IMG/VR virus record: IMGVR_UViG_3300011445_000016
Location: 1-32,468 of that record
DNA length: 32,468 bases
Source: a virus
Lineage: Duplodnaviria; Caudoviricetes
Direction: 5' to 3' (one strand)
The notes under the pieces are model-generated. The model made no database searches and was not told where the DNA came from. It saw nothing but the letters and a program-made list of their open reading frames with translations. Numbering within the stretch: position 1 is the first letter of the stretch; each line of letters begins with the position of its first letter. Below, piece after piece: positions 1 to 8,341 of this stretch. Made by a program: the position numbers and the translations under genes.

Positions 1-123
1 TGATGATATAGTTTCGTTTTCATTCCCGAATTTATAACCTGATTCAACTTTTAAATACTTATTCCATGTAGCACGAAATTCTCTATTTGCAAACTTATCT
101 ATATTGATCGCAGTTTCTTTGAA
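1..123. repeat. Terminal direct repeat, left copy (circular assembly overlap)
   Basis: 1-123 is identical to 32346-32468 (tgatgatata...tttctttgaa). Confidence 0.97.
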
Positions 124-207
124 ATATCCCTTCTTTCCAGGTACAACAAAATAGTTAATTATTGTCATAGGCAAAAGAAATACAATAGCTATTAATAATA
201 GAATCAT
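1..207 (-). CDS. 5' part of a junction-spanning 106-aa phage protein with hydrophobic N-terminus (continues at 32345..32232)
   Basis: ATG at 207 overlaps the TGA of the upstream gene (ATGA). Manual translation across the junction gives MILLLIAIVFLLPMTIINYFVVPGKKGYFKETAINIDKFANREF...ETISSALGKN...DHCKKSIKEF*; 207+114=321 nt, in frame. Confidence 0.85.
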   Translation of the reverse strand, partial: MILLLIAIVFLLPMTIINYFVVPGKKGYFKETAINIDKFANREFRATWNKYLKVESGYKFGNENETISS

Positions 208-557
208 GCGTCTATTTCCCAATCAGTTGATAATGTATTGTAGTTTGTAGTTTCTTCCATTTGTAATAAAATGAAAGTTAACTCGGTTAACCTTTGATTG
301 AAGTTAGCAAACAGGCTTGTAGTCGACTCTAATGCAGCCAAATTAGCCTCAATAGCTTCATAATCCGACTTAAGAATTAATTTATCAATCTTAGACATAA
401 CAATAATAGCATCGTTATCAATACGGTAATAATACCCTTTAACCCTGATGTTATTTATATCACATTCAATGCCATCAATTGACATTCTTATAATAGACTG
501 TGTAACCCCTCTTTCAGTAGGTACGGTAAACTCTGTTGTTGTTCTTAATTTTAGCAT
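204..557 (-). CDS. Hypothetical protein, possibly virion- or fibre-associated
   Basis: 117-aa ORF tightly packed downstream of the fibre and LamG genes. Confidence 0.75.
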   Translation of the reverse strand: MLKLRTTTEFTVPTERGVTQSIIRMSIDGIECDINNIRVKGYYYRIDNDAIIVMSKIDKLILKSDYEAIEANLAALESTTSLFANFNQRLTELTFILLQMEETTNYNTLSTDWEIDA

Positions 558-566
558 ATTAATTAA

Positions 567-1316
567 TTATAATGGATAAGTACGCCCCGTGCCGGAGTTG
601 TAAAGATATGTTATTTCTGTCTGTGTTAATGCTCTGTTTCCCCATATTGCAACCTCTTCAACATATCCTAAATGCTGAAGTGTAGAGTTTGCGAAATCCC
701 AATTAGATATGCCAATTGTTGTGCCGGATGTTCCGTTTGGCATGCCTGTGTATGAACCAGTGCCGGCACTTGATACCGTTTGCAAAGTTCCGTTAATGTA
801 CATCTTCATTCCCGCAACTGTTTTAGTTCCATCGTCTGTAATGGTTATAAAATACCACGTATTTAAAGAGAAAGGAGCCGAGCTTGTTCTGATTGTTTGA
901 TGTATAGCAGGATTAGTTCTATCGAATTTATAAAAATACAAATTGCCGTCGGAATTACTGCGTATTAATTGCCATTCATCATTACCCCCTGTATTTGCCC
1001 GCTTATTAATTATGAAATTAAATGCGGAACTAAATCCGGTAAAATAAACCCACATAGACATTGAAAAAGGAATATCATTACCTAGCCCCGTAGTAAATGA
1101 AAAATTTGTGTTATCTGCTATCGTAACCCTATCACCAGTAGCGTTAAACCTTGCAGCGTTCCCGCTAATTCCTGAAACGTAGTCAACCCCGGTAGCCGTT
1201 CCAGTTGGACTTAATCCTGTGGAGTCACTAGTAATACTGTTTAATGTATAGTAAGCTACTAAATTAGTAAGCAATGCACTGCTTTTTATTCCTGAAAAAA
1301 ATATAGGATTAAACAT
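567..1316 (-). CDS. LamG / concanavalin A-like lectin domain protein, putative virion receptor-binding or decoration protein
   Basis: Typical Laminin_G_3 pattern: LVAYY.L, G..GNAARF, FSMSMWV, NTWYFITIT, MKMYING, GYVEEVAIWGNRALTQTEITYLYN. Confidence 0.85.
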   Translation of the reverse strand: MFNPIFFSGIKSSALLTNLVAYYTLNSITSDSTGLSPTGTATGVDYVSGISGNAARFNATGDRVTIADNTNFSFTTGLGNDIPFSMSMWVYFTGFSSAFNFIINKRANTGGNDEWQLIRSNSDGNLYFYKFDRTNPAIHQTIRTSSAPFSLNTWYFITITDDGTKTVAGMKMYINGTLQTVSSAGTGSYTGMPNGTSGTTIGISNWDFANSTLQHLGYVEEVAIWGNRALTQTEITYLYNSGTGRTYPL

Positions 1317-1318
1317 AA

Positions 1319-2671
1319 TTAGTAATTAGTTATTTCTAAATAGTCGATTGTTCCGTTACTCCACAAAGACGCCTTGCTTCCAGCTATTCCGCTTAATATT
1401 GCCGTCCCGCTTAATTGTACTAATGTCCTTCCAGAACCCTGTACAAAAGTAATTGCGGCAGTACCTCCCTTACCGTATGAAGTAGTTACGCCGCCATTGC
1501 AAGTTATATTAATTGCACTTGCGCCGTTAGCAATTACAACATGCCTTCCATTTTGCCCTAATCCTGTCACTCCGTCTACTGTTGCAGTCGTGATGCTGAC
1601 CGATGTTGTTATTGTTATTTGAGGGGCTAAGTAAAAGCTATCAAAATAAGTTTTTAAAATAGATTTTAATTGCGCAAAAGTTCGCGTCTTTGTTTTTGAA
1701 ACATCCGCACTATCACCGATTACCATTAAATCAGCATCAACTAAATCAGTTGATTTTGCTGGCAGTAAAGAAATAAACCCCTCTTTTAAATAGTCAGCTA
1801 TTGCCTTTGTTGTAGCGAAAAATGTGGTACTCGCTTCATTACCTACAATGGTCGGTTTTTTGTTTGCAGTATCTTCTTTAGTTACGTCTGCCGGAATGGA
1901 TACGATATTCATATTTCTGCGAAGTACAGAAAATAAAAAGTTCTTTACTTTAATAGTTCCATTTCCATCTGATAAAATATAAAATTCATTTGGATATGAC
2001 TGAGCAATTAATGTGCCTACTACAACCTGAACGTTAATCGCAAATAATAAAGTCCCTGCCGTTTTAGTTGAATCATTAAAAAATGTAGTTGTAACCTCTG
2101 CAACTGAACCAATTCCGCTTTTGAACTGAATTGAAAACACTTGATTTGCTGATGTTGTAGTTACCTCACCAATAAAACGCATGTTAATGATATCTCCTAA
2201 CGAACATTCCGATGCTATCATCTGATTATTAACGGAATCCCAAAGAGTTGAAACTCCCAAAGGCGGATAAGCTATATTTGTGCTTGTGCCTAAAGTATCA
2301 TTTGTTAGCTTCTTAGGAACTCCGGCAACAAATGGAATAGGAGTTGTATTTGTAGCTAAATCAGCATACATAAACCACCCTATTGAATTTACAAAAGTGT
2401 CCGGTTTATTGAAAATATAATCATCAGCATCCGGATCGTCTTGCAGCCAATTGGCAGGGACGTTAATTTCTGCCCCTACTTCAATACTATCTAACTTTGT
2501 TTTATCAGCATCCGTATAATTATTTTCAGATAGTCCAAAGCCTGGTGCAACTTCAACTTTCTTTGTGTTTAACTCCGCAAAGTTATCGTTTGCCTTTACC
2601 TGTGAATCCCGTAGAGTATCACCAAGCCCCGAATCCGGAGTTGAAACATTTATTGTTGATATTATAGCCAT
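1319..2671 (-). CDS. Putative tail fibre / baseplate-attached fibre protein
   Basis: N-terminal INVSTPDSGLGDTLRDSQVKANDNFAEL resembles the T4 gp9/gp10-type GD.LR...N.NF.EL motif. It is followed by the fibre motif GLSENNYTDADKTKLDSIE...NW...DDYIFNKP and Thr/Gly-rich beta regions. Confidence 0.7.
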   Translation of the reverse strand: MAIISTINVSTPDSGLGDTLRDSQVKANDNFAELNTKKVEVAPGFGLSENNYTDADKTKLDSIEVGAEINVPANWLQDDPDADDYIFNKPDTFVNSIGWFMYADLATNTTPIPFVAGVPKKLTNDTLGTSTNIAYPPLGVSTLWDSVNNQMIASECSLGDIINMRFIGEVTTTSANQVFSIQFKSGIGSVAEVTTTFFNDSTKTAGTLLFAINVQVVVGTLIAQSYPNEFYILSDGNGTIKVKNFLFSVLRRNMNIVSIPADVTKEDTANKKPTIVGNEASTTFFATTKAIADYLKEGFISLLPAKSTDLVDADLMVIGDSADVSKTKTRTFAQLKSILKTYFDSFYLAPQITITTSVSITTATVDGVTGLGQNGRHVVIANGASAINITCNGGVTTSYGKGGTAAITFVQGSGRTLVQLSGTAILSGIAGSKASLWSNGTIDYLEITNY

Positions 2672-3165
2672 GGAAATGTTGTTTCGATTGTGATCGTTTT
2701 ATTTGCTAATTCAGGTAAAGATAAATCTTTTACAAACTCTTTAAAGTTAGACTCTACCCCAGCAATCAATTGGTTATATCTCAAAGATAGTCTTTCAGTT
2801 TCAGAACTATCCAACGTTTGCATGTTTTCTCCTGTGATTTTATGCAATCCGTTTTCGCTTACCTTATACCCTCCGAAATCAACGAACAAAACTGAAGTGT
2901 AATAACTTAAAAAGTCCTTAATATAGTCTTCGTATATCGTTAAATAAACCCCTGTTAACGTTGAAGGTGTAAAAACTCCATCATTATAATCAGCTGAGTA
3001 ATCAGTATAGATTTTAGTGTATAAATCTAGCCCTAGAAATGATTTTAAGTGCGTGGTTTGCGCAATAAATATCATCGGCTTAAGATTGTCTACGTCTATA
3101 TTGCCATCAAAAGGAGTTAACGAAATAACGTCCTGCGGCTGTATCATTAAATTCACTTGGCTCAT
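2662..3165 (-). CDS. Putative head-tail adaptor / head completion protein
   Basis: 167 aa directly after the portal; helical; GNIDVDNLKPMIFIAQ..HL..FLG..LY resembles Bacteroidota phage connector-like proteins. Confidence 0.55.
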   Translation of the reverse strand: MSQVNLMIQPQDVISLTPFDGNIDVDNLKPMIFIAQTTHLKSFLGLDLYTKIYTDYSADYNDGVFTPSTLTGVYLTIYEDYIKDFLSYYTSVLFVDFGGYKVSENGLHKITGENMQTLDSSETERLSLRYNQLIAGVESNFKEFVKDLSLPELANKTITIETTFPWL

Positions 3166-4475
3166 ATAGTTGTCGGTATTATCGTTGCATCTTCTTTAGG
3201 TGTTCCTAGCAATTTCTTAGCTTCATCCTCTGTAAATCCATATATCAAGTTAATCATTGAAATAGCTGAACCGTAAGATGTAGTTCCTGCTACATATGAC
3301 GCTTGTATTTCTAATAAAGCCTGCACTCCACCAACTGAACCCCTTAACGTAGCTTGCGCTTCTGCATTTTGTTGCTCTGCTGACTTATCAGCTACAACTC
3401 CAACTGATGTATTTTCTCCGTTGTCGTTTTCATCCATTGATTCCGTGTCAAAATCTTCCACAGCTAATTTAAAACCTCCGTTATCAATAGCATTAAAAAC
3501 ACCTTGTAACTCATTTAGTAATATTTCGCGTGCCGGATTAATAACCCTTCTAAATACTGATTTTGTAGCTACTGCAATTTCATCAGCGTTGGAAGAAAAC
3601 CCTGTTTTACTGCCCGCTAATAAAATGGAAGGATAGGAGTGTGCAATTAATATTTTACGTTCCGCTTCCTCTGTGTAATTAACATAAGTTGCATTAACGT
3701 TTGGCGGATCGATATTGTCAACTACTACACTATTTTCTGCACTCGCATTTACTGAAACAATTGTACGCTGTCCGTTAATTCCGCTAAAGTTTTCACGTAA
3801 TTTTGTAGCTACACCTGTTTTTTGTTCTTCGGTAAGACCACGGCCCCCTACCCAGTTGATAACTTTCTGCCCACTAAAGCCTGTACTTACATCATTAAAT
3901 GAATGTTGAGCCATTAATCCCTCATCTTGAGCCCATCTTAAAGCCGGAAACCAATCAGGACGTACAAATAAAGGCTCATTGGAAGGACGTTGTATAACCA
4001 ACATACTTATATCGTAGCCTTCCGGCTGTTTGCCATCAAATTTAGGATAAAACTTAGGCGTATATCTTTGTCGTTTAGTCCAGTCGTATGAATACCAATA
4101 ACCGTTAACTCTTACAGTATCTTTACAAACATTTAATGCCGTTCTTTCAACCGGTACATGATATATTTTCGCGGGCTTTCCGTTATACCATACAACCTGC
4201 AAAGCGCATTGTCCTTGTTTCTTATAATCTAAAACTAATAAAGACCAATCTTTTTTGGATAGGTGGATAGAAGGATTTTTTCCGCCTTCATGTTCATTTA
4301 TTAACCCTTCACCTGCAATTAAATTGCTAATATCGTTAATACAAGCTGAGTTTGTAACGCTATCATCGTAGGCATCAGCAAATAGCTTGTAATTTTTATT
4401 GTTATCTCCGTTCAAAATGTACTTTGTACCTACTAACACTTCAGTAATTGACGGCATATAAGCCGAAAATGTCAT
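3162..4475 (-). CDS. Portal protein
   Basis: 437 aa; S.TNSACINDISNLIAGEG, GQCALQVVW, KILIAHSYPSILLAG..GFSSNADEI....F.R.VI.P match Bacteroidota phage portal motifs. Confidence 0.8.
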   Translation of the reverse strand: MTFSAYMPSITEVLVGTKYILNGDNNKNYKLFADAYDDSVTNSACINDISNLIAGEGLINEHEGGKNPSIHLSKKDWSLLVLDYKKQGQCALQVVWYNGKPAKIYHVPVERTALNVCKDTVRVNGYWYSYDWTKRQRYTPKFYPKFDGKQPEGYDISMLVIQRPSNEPLFVRPDWFPALRWAQDEGLMAQHSFNDVSTGFSGQKVINWVGGRGLTEEQKTGVATKLRENFSGINGQRTIVSVNASAENSVVVDNIDPPNVNATYVNYTEEAERKILIAHSYPSILLAGSKTGFSSNADEIAVATKSVFRRVINPAREILLNELQGVFNAIDNGGFKLAVEDFDTESMDENDNGENTSVGVVADKSAEQQNAEAQATLRGSVGGVQALLEIQASYVAGTTSYGSAISMINLIYGFTEDEAKKLLGTPKEDATIIPTTI

Positions 4476-4486
4476 GATATTTGGTG

Positions 4487-4825
4487 TTATTTGAACCTCT
4501 GTGTTGTTTGTGTCGATGGCGTAAAGTTTTGAATGTCAGTATCTTCCTTAACAACTATCATTTTACCCCTATAAATAACGGTTTCAATAGTTGTATTCGT
4601 TATAATAATCTCGTGTTTGTCGCCTGCAAAGTACGCAACATCTTGAGTAATTGCAGGTAATTCAAATATAAGCCTTCCGTGTGAGTATTCCCAATTTATA
4701 TTGTAAGTAGTTTCTAAATTGGTTGCTTCATTCCGTGAATAAAAATCGATAATATCCCCAGAAGTGGGTGCAATCCTTACGACTGCACTCAATTCAAAGG
4801 GTGTATCTATTCTAATGACTTTCAT
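4487..4825 (-). CDS. Hypothetical structural protein (beta-rich)
   Basis: 112 aa between the putative tail tube and portal genes; translationally coupled at 4825. Confidence 0.65.
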   Translation of the reverse strand: MKVIRIDTPFELSAVVRIAPTSGDIIDFYSRNEATNLETTYNINWEYSHGRLIFELPAITQDVAYFAGDKHEIIITNTTIETVIYRGKMIVVKEDTDIQNFTPSTQTTQRFK

Positions 4826-5343
4826 TATGCAGCTACTACAATTGCCGCGTTATAAGCGGTAACCGCTGCCGATGCTAATGTGTACATGAAAGAAGGCTCT
4901 ACCGTGTTAGCTGTAAACAAAAAGCCTTGAGCGTCTGTACTCTCAACTACTGTCGAAATATCCGCACCGTTAACCGCCCCTGCAACAGTAATACTACCAT
5001 CGTTGTGTTCAAAGAAAATGTTAAACACACCATCCAATAAAGCTTGAGCATCAGTTACGTTTTTAATACGGTCGCAGTACATCAAAGCAAATGTTCCAAC
5101 TCCTGCCTTGCTCCCTGTCATTGTAACTGGATCCTTCGTAGCTGTTTCGATAAAGTTGTCAGCTGTGTTTTTTACCTCAAAACGGTAAATATCTGTAATA
5201 CCTGCCGGGATTACGACAACCCCCGTAGCAGTATTTTGGATAATATCCGCACTATCCCAGTACGCAAATGAAATAGCTTTGTAGCCCTTAGGTTTTACAA
5301 AGCCCGTCTTTTTTCTCGACGCTGTTAATGTAGTTCCGCACAT
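4825..5343 (-). CDS. Putative major tail (tube) protein
   Basis: 172 aa, beta-rich, follows the capsid gene; size and pattern (IYRFEVK...F, G...AG..NG, GF.FT....EP) fit Flavobacterium siphophage tail tube proteins. Confidence 0.5.
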   Translation of the reverse strand: MCGTTLTASRKKTGFVKPKGYKAISFAYWDSADIIQNTATGVVVIPAGITDIYRFEVKNTADNFIETATKDPVTMTGSKAGVGTFALMYCDRIKNVTDAQALLDGVFNIFFEHNDGSITVAGAVNGADISTVVESTDAQGFLFTANTVEPSFMYTLASAAVTAYNAAIVVAA

Positions 5344-5358
5344 AATTTATTTTGTTTT

Positions 5359-5391
5359 AAAAAAAACCCCCTCCGATTTAGAGAGGGTTTT
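5359..5391 (-). terminator. Intrinsic terminator after the major capsid gene
   Basis: Minus strand AAAACCCTCTC-TAAATC-GGAGGGGGTTTTTTTT: a stem followed by a U-tract. Confidence 0.75.
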
Positions 5392-5414
5392 AATATTAAT
5401 TTAAATTGTAAGTA

Positions 5415-6431
5415 TTAACCTCCGTAAAGGACTCCATGCGACTGATCCATAACCGTAGCATCCAAAGTATAGATTGAACGTACAAACATAGTATCCCCGT
5501 CGTTGGCAACTTTTCCAGTTTCAAAACTAGCACAGTCAGCCATTGCATCAGTAGACCAATGGATTACTGAAGGTCTTTGACAATATGCAAAACCTGTAGG
5601 CATTGGCACGAACTCGATAACAATACCGTTATAAGAAATAACCTCAGTATCTCCTAACCCGGTAACTAAGAAGTTAACTTGTTGAGCTGCTCCAACTGCA
5701 TTATTAGCAACTTTGATAAACTGTTTCCAAGCGTAAGGTGCATAGATAACTGGCATCTCAACACCTTCTAAAGATGCTGCCGGAATAGCTGCGTAAATCT
5801 TAGCACATTCCGCTGCGATGTTTGCCGCTGTAACGGTTGTACCTGTAACTTTAATGTAAGCCCCTAAAGCCGTTGCGTCGTAAAGCACTCTTGAAAGTAC
5901 CCCATCAACTCCAGCCGGATCTGCTGTATAACCTGCAACCGCTGTTTGAGCCGCTGCTGTAATACTTCCTTGAGCCGCGCCAGGTGTTAATGCCGCGATA
6001 GCTGTTTTGGTAGTTGAAGAAACTGCCGCCCAGAATTTCAATTGTGCATCCTCTGAAACTCTTGGCCCTGTCATTGCAAGCACCTGAGAATTAAACTCAT
6101 CGCTATCAATATTCCAAGCACCTGAAGACATGTCTCTGTTAAATCTTGACTGTCTTAAATCGTTGTACAAGAATGTATATTTGTACTCGATTTTCTTAGG
6201 TGTTGCCTCACGGTCTTTTACAACTGGGCCACCTGAAGACGATAACGCCGCACCTGTGTAAAGTTGTCCGGTTACGTCAACACGTGCCTCTGTGATAATT
6301 GTAGATGCTTTCACGTCATCTGCAAAGTTTACTAATCCTTTGTTCACGGTCTTATTCGCGAACATAATTTCCTGTATGATAGGCGATACTGCGTCGCCCT
6401 TAATCGATACCGGTGTATAAGTTAAAGCCAT
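5415..6431 (-). CDS. Major capsid protein
   Basis: 338 aa, Ala-rich, downstream of the protease/scaffold gene and followed by a terminator; C-terminus ends ...GVLYGG. Confidence 0.75.
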   Translation of the reverse strand: MALTYTPVSIKGDAVSPIIQEIMFANKTVNKGLVNFADDVKASTIITEARVDVTGQLYTGAALSSSGGPVVKDREATPKKIEYKYTFLYNDLRQSRFNRDMSSGAWNIDSDEFNSQVLAMTGPRVSEDAQLKFWAAVSSTTKTAIAALTPGAAQGSITAAAQTAVAGYTADPAGVDGVLSRVLYDATALGAYIKVTGTTVTAANIAAECAKIYAAIPAASLEGVEMPVIYAPYAWKQFIKVANNAVGAAQQVNFLVTGLGDTEVISYNGIVIEFVPMPTGFAYCQRPSVIHWSTDAMADCASFETGKVANDGDTMFVRSIYTLDATVMDQSHGVLYGG

Positions 6432-6433
6432 AG

Positions 6434-6625
6434 TTATTTAGTTTTAAAGTGTGTTAAATCGTTTACTAGCCATTCGATTTTCTCCGGCTCTAAGTTGCCT
6501 TTGCAATATTCTTCTACTGTTTTTTTCCCTACCGCATCCAAAAACTGAACGTAATTAACACCTTCAGTAAACGGATTTAAGAACTTGCCTTTAGTCGGCT
6601 CAGTTTGTTTTTCGTTTTCTTCCAT
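6434..6625 (-). CDS. Small hypothetical head-region protein
   Basis: 63 aa, coupled to both neighbouring genes. Confidence 0.7.
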   Translation of the reverse strand: MEENEKQTEPTKGKFLNPFTEGVNYVQFLDAVGKKTVEEYCKGNLEPEKIEWLVNDLTHFKTK

Positions 6626-7608
6626 TATTTAAGCGCTTCTTTTTTTTGTCTGTACTTTTCCAAAGCTGTTGCTGGTTTATCGTCTGCCGGAATCATAGGA
6701 ATCTTTTTAAACTCCATTAATTCAGATTGAAGTTTCAAGGTTTCAGCGTCTAAAGTTTCTTTTGAAAGTTTTAACGCTTCAAAATCTTCTTTTAGTTTCA
6801 AGTCCGATGCTTCGTTTGACATTTGCATCTCGTTAACTTTAGCCAATTCAGCTTCTAAGTCTGCGATTCTTGTTAATGCCGCAGTAAGTTCCGCTTGTAA
6901 ATCAGATTCCTCTTCTTTAGGCTCTTCATCAACTACAACTTCCTCATCTAATTCTTTATCTTTTACCTCTTCTTCAATCGGTAAATCTTTTTCTTTATCC
7001 TCTTCACTCTCGAAAATCTCTTTTAGTTTCTCGATAGCTAGGGCAAAAGCGCCTTTTTTATTCATATCCTCTTTTTTTAAATTTACATTCTTTTGCTCTT
7101 CAGGGAATAACTGACCCTCAATAGATAGCCCTTTCAACTTCCCTTCTTTAATGTCATTCCAAACTTGATCGTTGTCAATTTTGTAACCCTTCATCAGAGT
7201 GCCAATAGGTAACTCAAAACCTAACTTAATAGATTTATCGTTTACAGTATCTTCAATTATCCATTGTTCAAAACAGAAAACGCCTTCCGTATCATTATCC
7301 TGATCGTGGTTAAGGTTTACTTTGTTATCGTAACCGTTACGCATACCTTCAATATGTAACTCTCTGATCGTTTCAGCATCGAAATAAACATTTGCCGGCT
7401 CACCATTTATATTCTTTCTAAATATTAATTTATTAGGAATCAAAGCGGGTGCATAAAACAATCGTTTCTCTTCATTAAAAAAAACAAAGTCCGGTTTTTC
7501 GTCATTGAAAAAAAAGCCCGTGCTTTCAATAGCTGGATCGCAAACGACGCTAGTTTTCATTAGCCCTTTGTGTTCGGCATCCCTTATAAGTCTATATGTT
7601 TTTATCAT
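6625..7608 (-). CDS. Prohead protease (XkdF-like) fused to an acidic coiled-coil scaffold domain
   Basis: EEKRLFYAPALIPNK.I.R, N.NH, W..IKEGKLKGLSIEG are XkdF-type serine protease motifs; Glu/Lys-rich coiled-coil C-terminal half. Confidence 0.8.
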   Translation of the reverse strand: MIKTYRLIRDAEHKGLMKTSVVCDPAIESTGFFFNDEKPDFVFFNEEKRLFYAPALIPNKLIFRKNINGEPANVYFDAETIRELHIEGMRNGYDNKVNLNHDQDNDTEGVFCFEQWIIEDTVNDKSIKLGFELPIGTLMKGYKIDNDQVWNDIKEGKLKGLSIEGQLFPEEQKNVNLKKEDMNKKGAFALAIEKLKEIFESEEDKEKDLPIEEEVKDKELDEEVVVDEEPKEEESDLQAELTAALTRIADLEAELAKVNEMQMSNEASDLKLKEDFEALKLSKETLDAETLKLQSELMEFKKIPMIPADDKPATALEKYRQKKEALK

Positions 7609-7620
7609 AATTATAAACGT

Positions 7621-7714
7621 AAAAAAAGCCTGCCCTAATTACTTAAGGAGGCTTTGATTGTATTTTATGGAAAGGTAATTTGCATCTTCACAAATTTCAA
7701 TTACCTCAAAGATA
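7621..7714 (-). promoter_or_regulatory. Promoter plus structured leader with terminator-like hairpin upstream of the head operon
   Basis: TATCTTTG (-7 box) at 7714-7707; AGGTAATT/AATTACCT inverted repeat; AAAGCCT...AGGCTTTTTTT hairpin at 7655-7621. Confidence 0.65.
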
Positions 7715-7724
7715 TAAAAAAATA

Positions 7725-8231
7725 TTAATTAGTTGTTATTTCTTTTAATTTTTTTTCGTATGCTAAGTGTGCTTCGTGTTCGTCTGTGAATAACCCTAAA
7801 TGTTTTAATTTCTTTTTAATACTTATATACGCCTTCCATTTGTTTGAATTCTTATCCCAACTAACCCCAACAAATTTACTGCTACTTGGTATGTGTTTCA
7901 TATTTGAATTCTCTCTAGCTGTAACTATTTCTAAATTATCAACGTGGTTGTTTTGTTTATTAAGATCAATATGATTAACAACTATGTTATGACTTTTTAT
8001 CTTATGATTTAAAAAATAAAAAGCTACTAACTGATGTGTTATAAAAGTCTTTTGCTTTCCGCCCTTATTAAGGGTTACGCTATAATAACCTCTAGACGTT
8101 AGGCCTTGCTTTAATATTTTTTCCTTAACCAAATGGCCTATATGACTTAGTCTTCTTAAACTTTTTACATTTCCAAGATTACTAATTTGATACATTTTTT
8201 CATAGCCTTCAATATCTTTAAAAACTTCCAT
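7725..8231 (-). CDS. NUMOD4-HNH homing endonuclease with C-terminal AP2-like domain
   Basis: FKDIEGYEKMYQISNLGNVKS (NUMOD4); THQLVA..F, VNHIDLNKQNNHVDNLEIVTAREN (HNH); FVGVSW....KWKAYI.....HLGLF (AP2-like). The start is more likely the ATG at 8231 than 8273, which lies inside the leader hairpin. Confidence 0.92.
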   Translation of the reverse strand: MEVFKDIEGYEKMYQISNLGNVKSLRRLSHIGHLVKEKILKQGLTSRGYYSVTLNKGGKQKTFITHQLVAFYFLNHKIKSHNIVVNHIDLNKQNNHVDNLEIVTARENSNMKHIPSSSKFVGVSWDKNSNKWKAYISIKKKLKHLGLFTDEHEAHLAYEKKLKEITTN

Positions 8232-8234
8232 AAT

Positions 8235-8330
8235 AAAAAAAAGATAAGCTTTCGGGGTTACGGCCTTACTCACTTATCTTTTAAATTGATTTCTTTTATA
8301 TCGACCCGTAACTTTCGATAACCAAAGATA
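8235..8330 (-). promoter_or_regulatory. Promoter plus two-hairpin structured leader upstream of the HNH gene
   Basis: TATCTTTG at 8330-8323; TATCGA/TCGATA hairpin; AAAAGATAAG/CTTATCTTTT hairpin followed by a U-tract. Confidence 0.7.
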
Positions 8331-8341
8331 CGAAAATATTT

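Noticed and set aside
567-2671. Diversity-generating retroelement or invertible fibre cassette
   Set aside because: No reverse transcriptase, invertase or duplicated template/variable region was seen.
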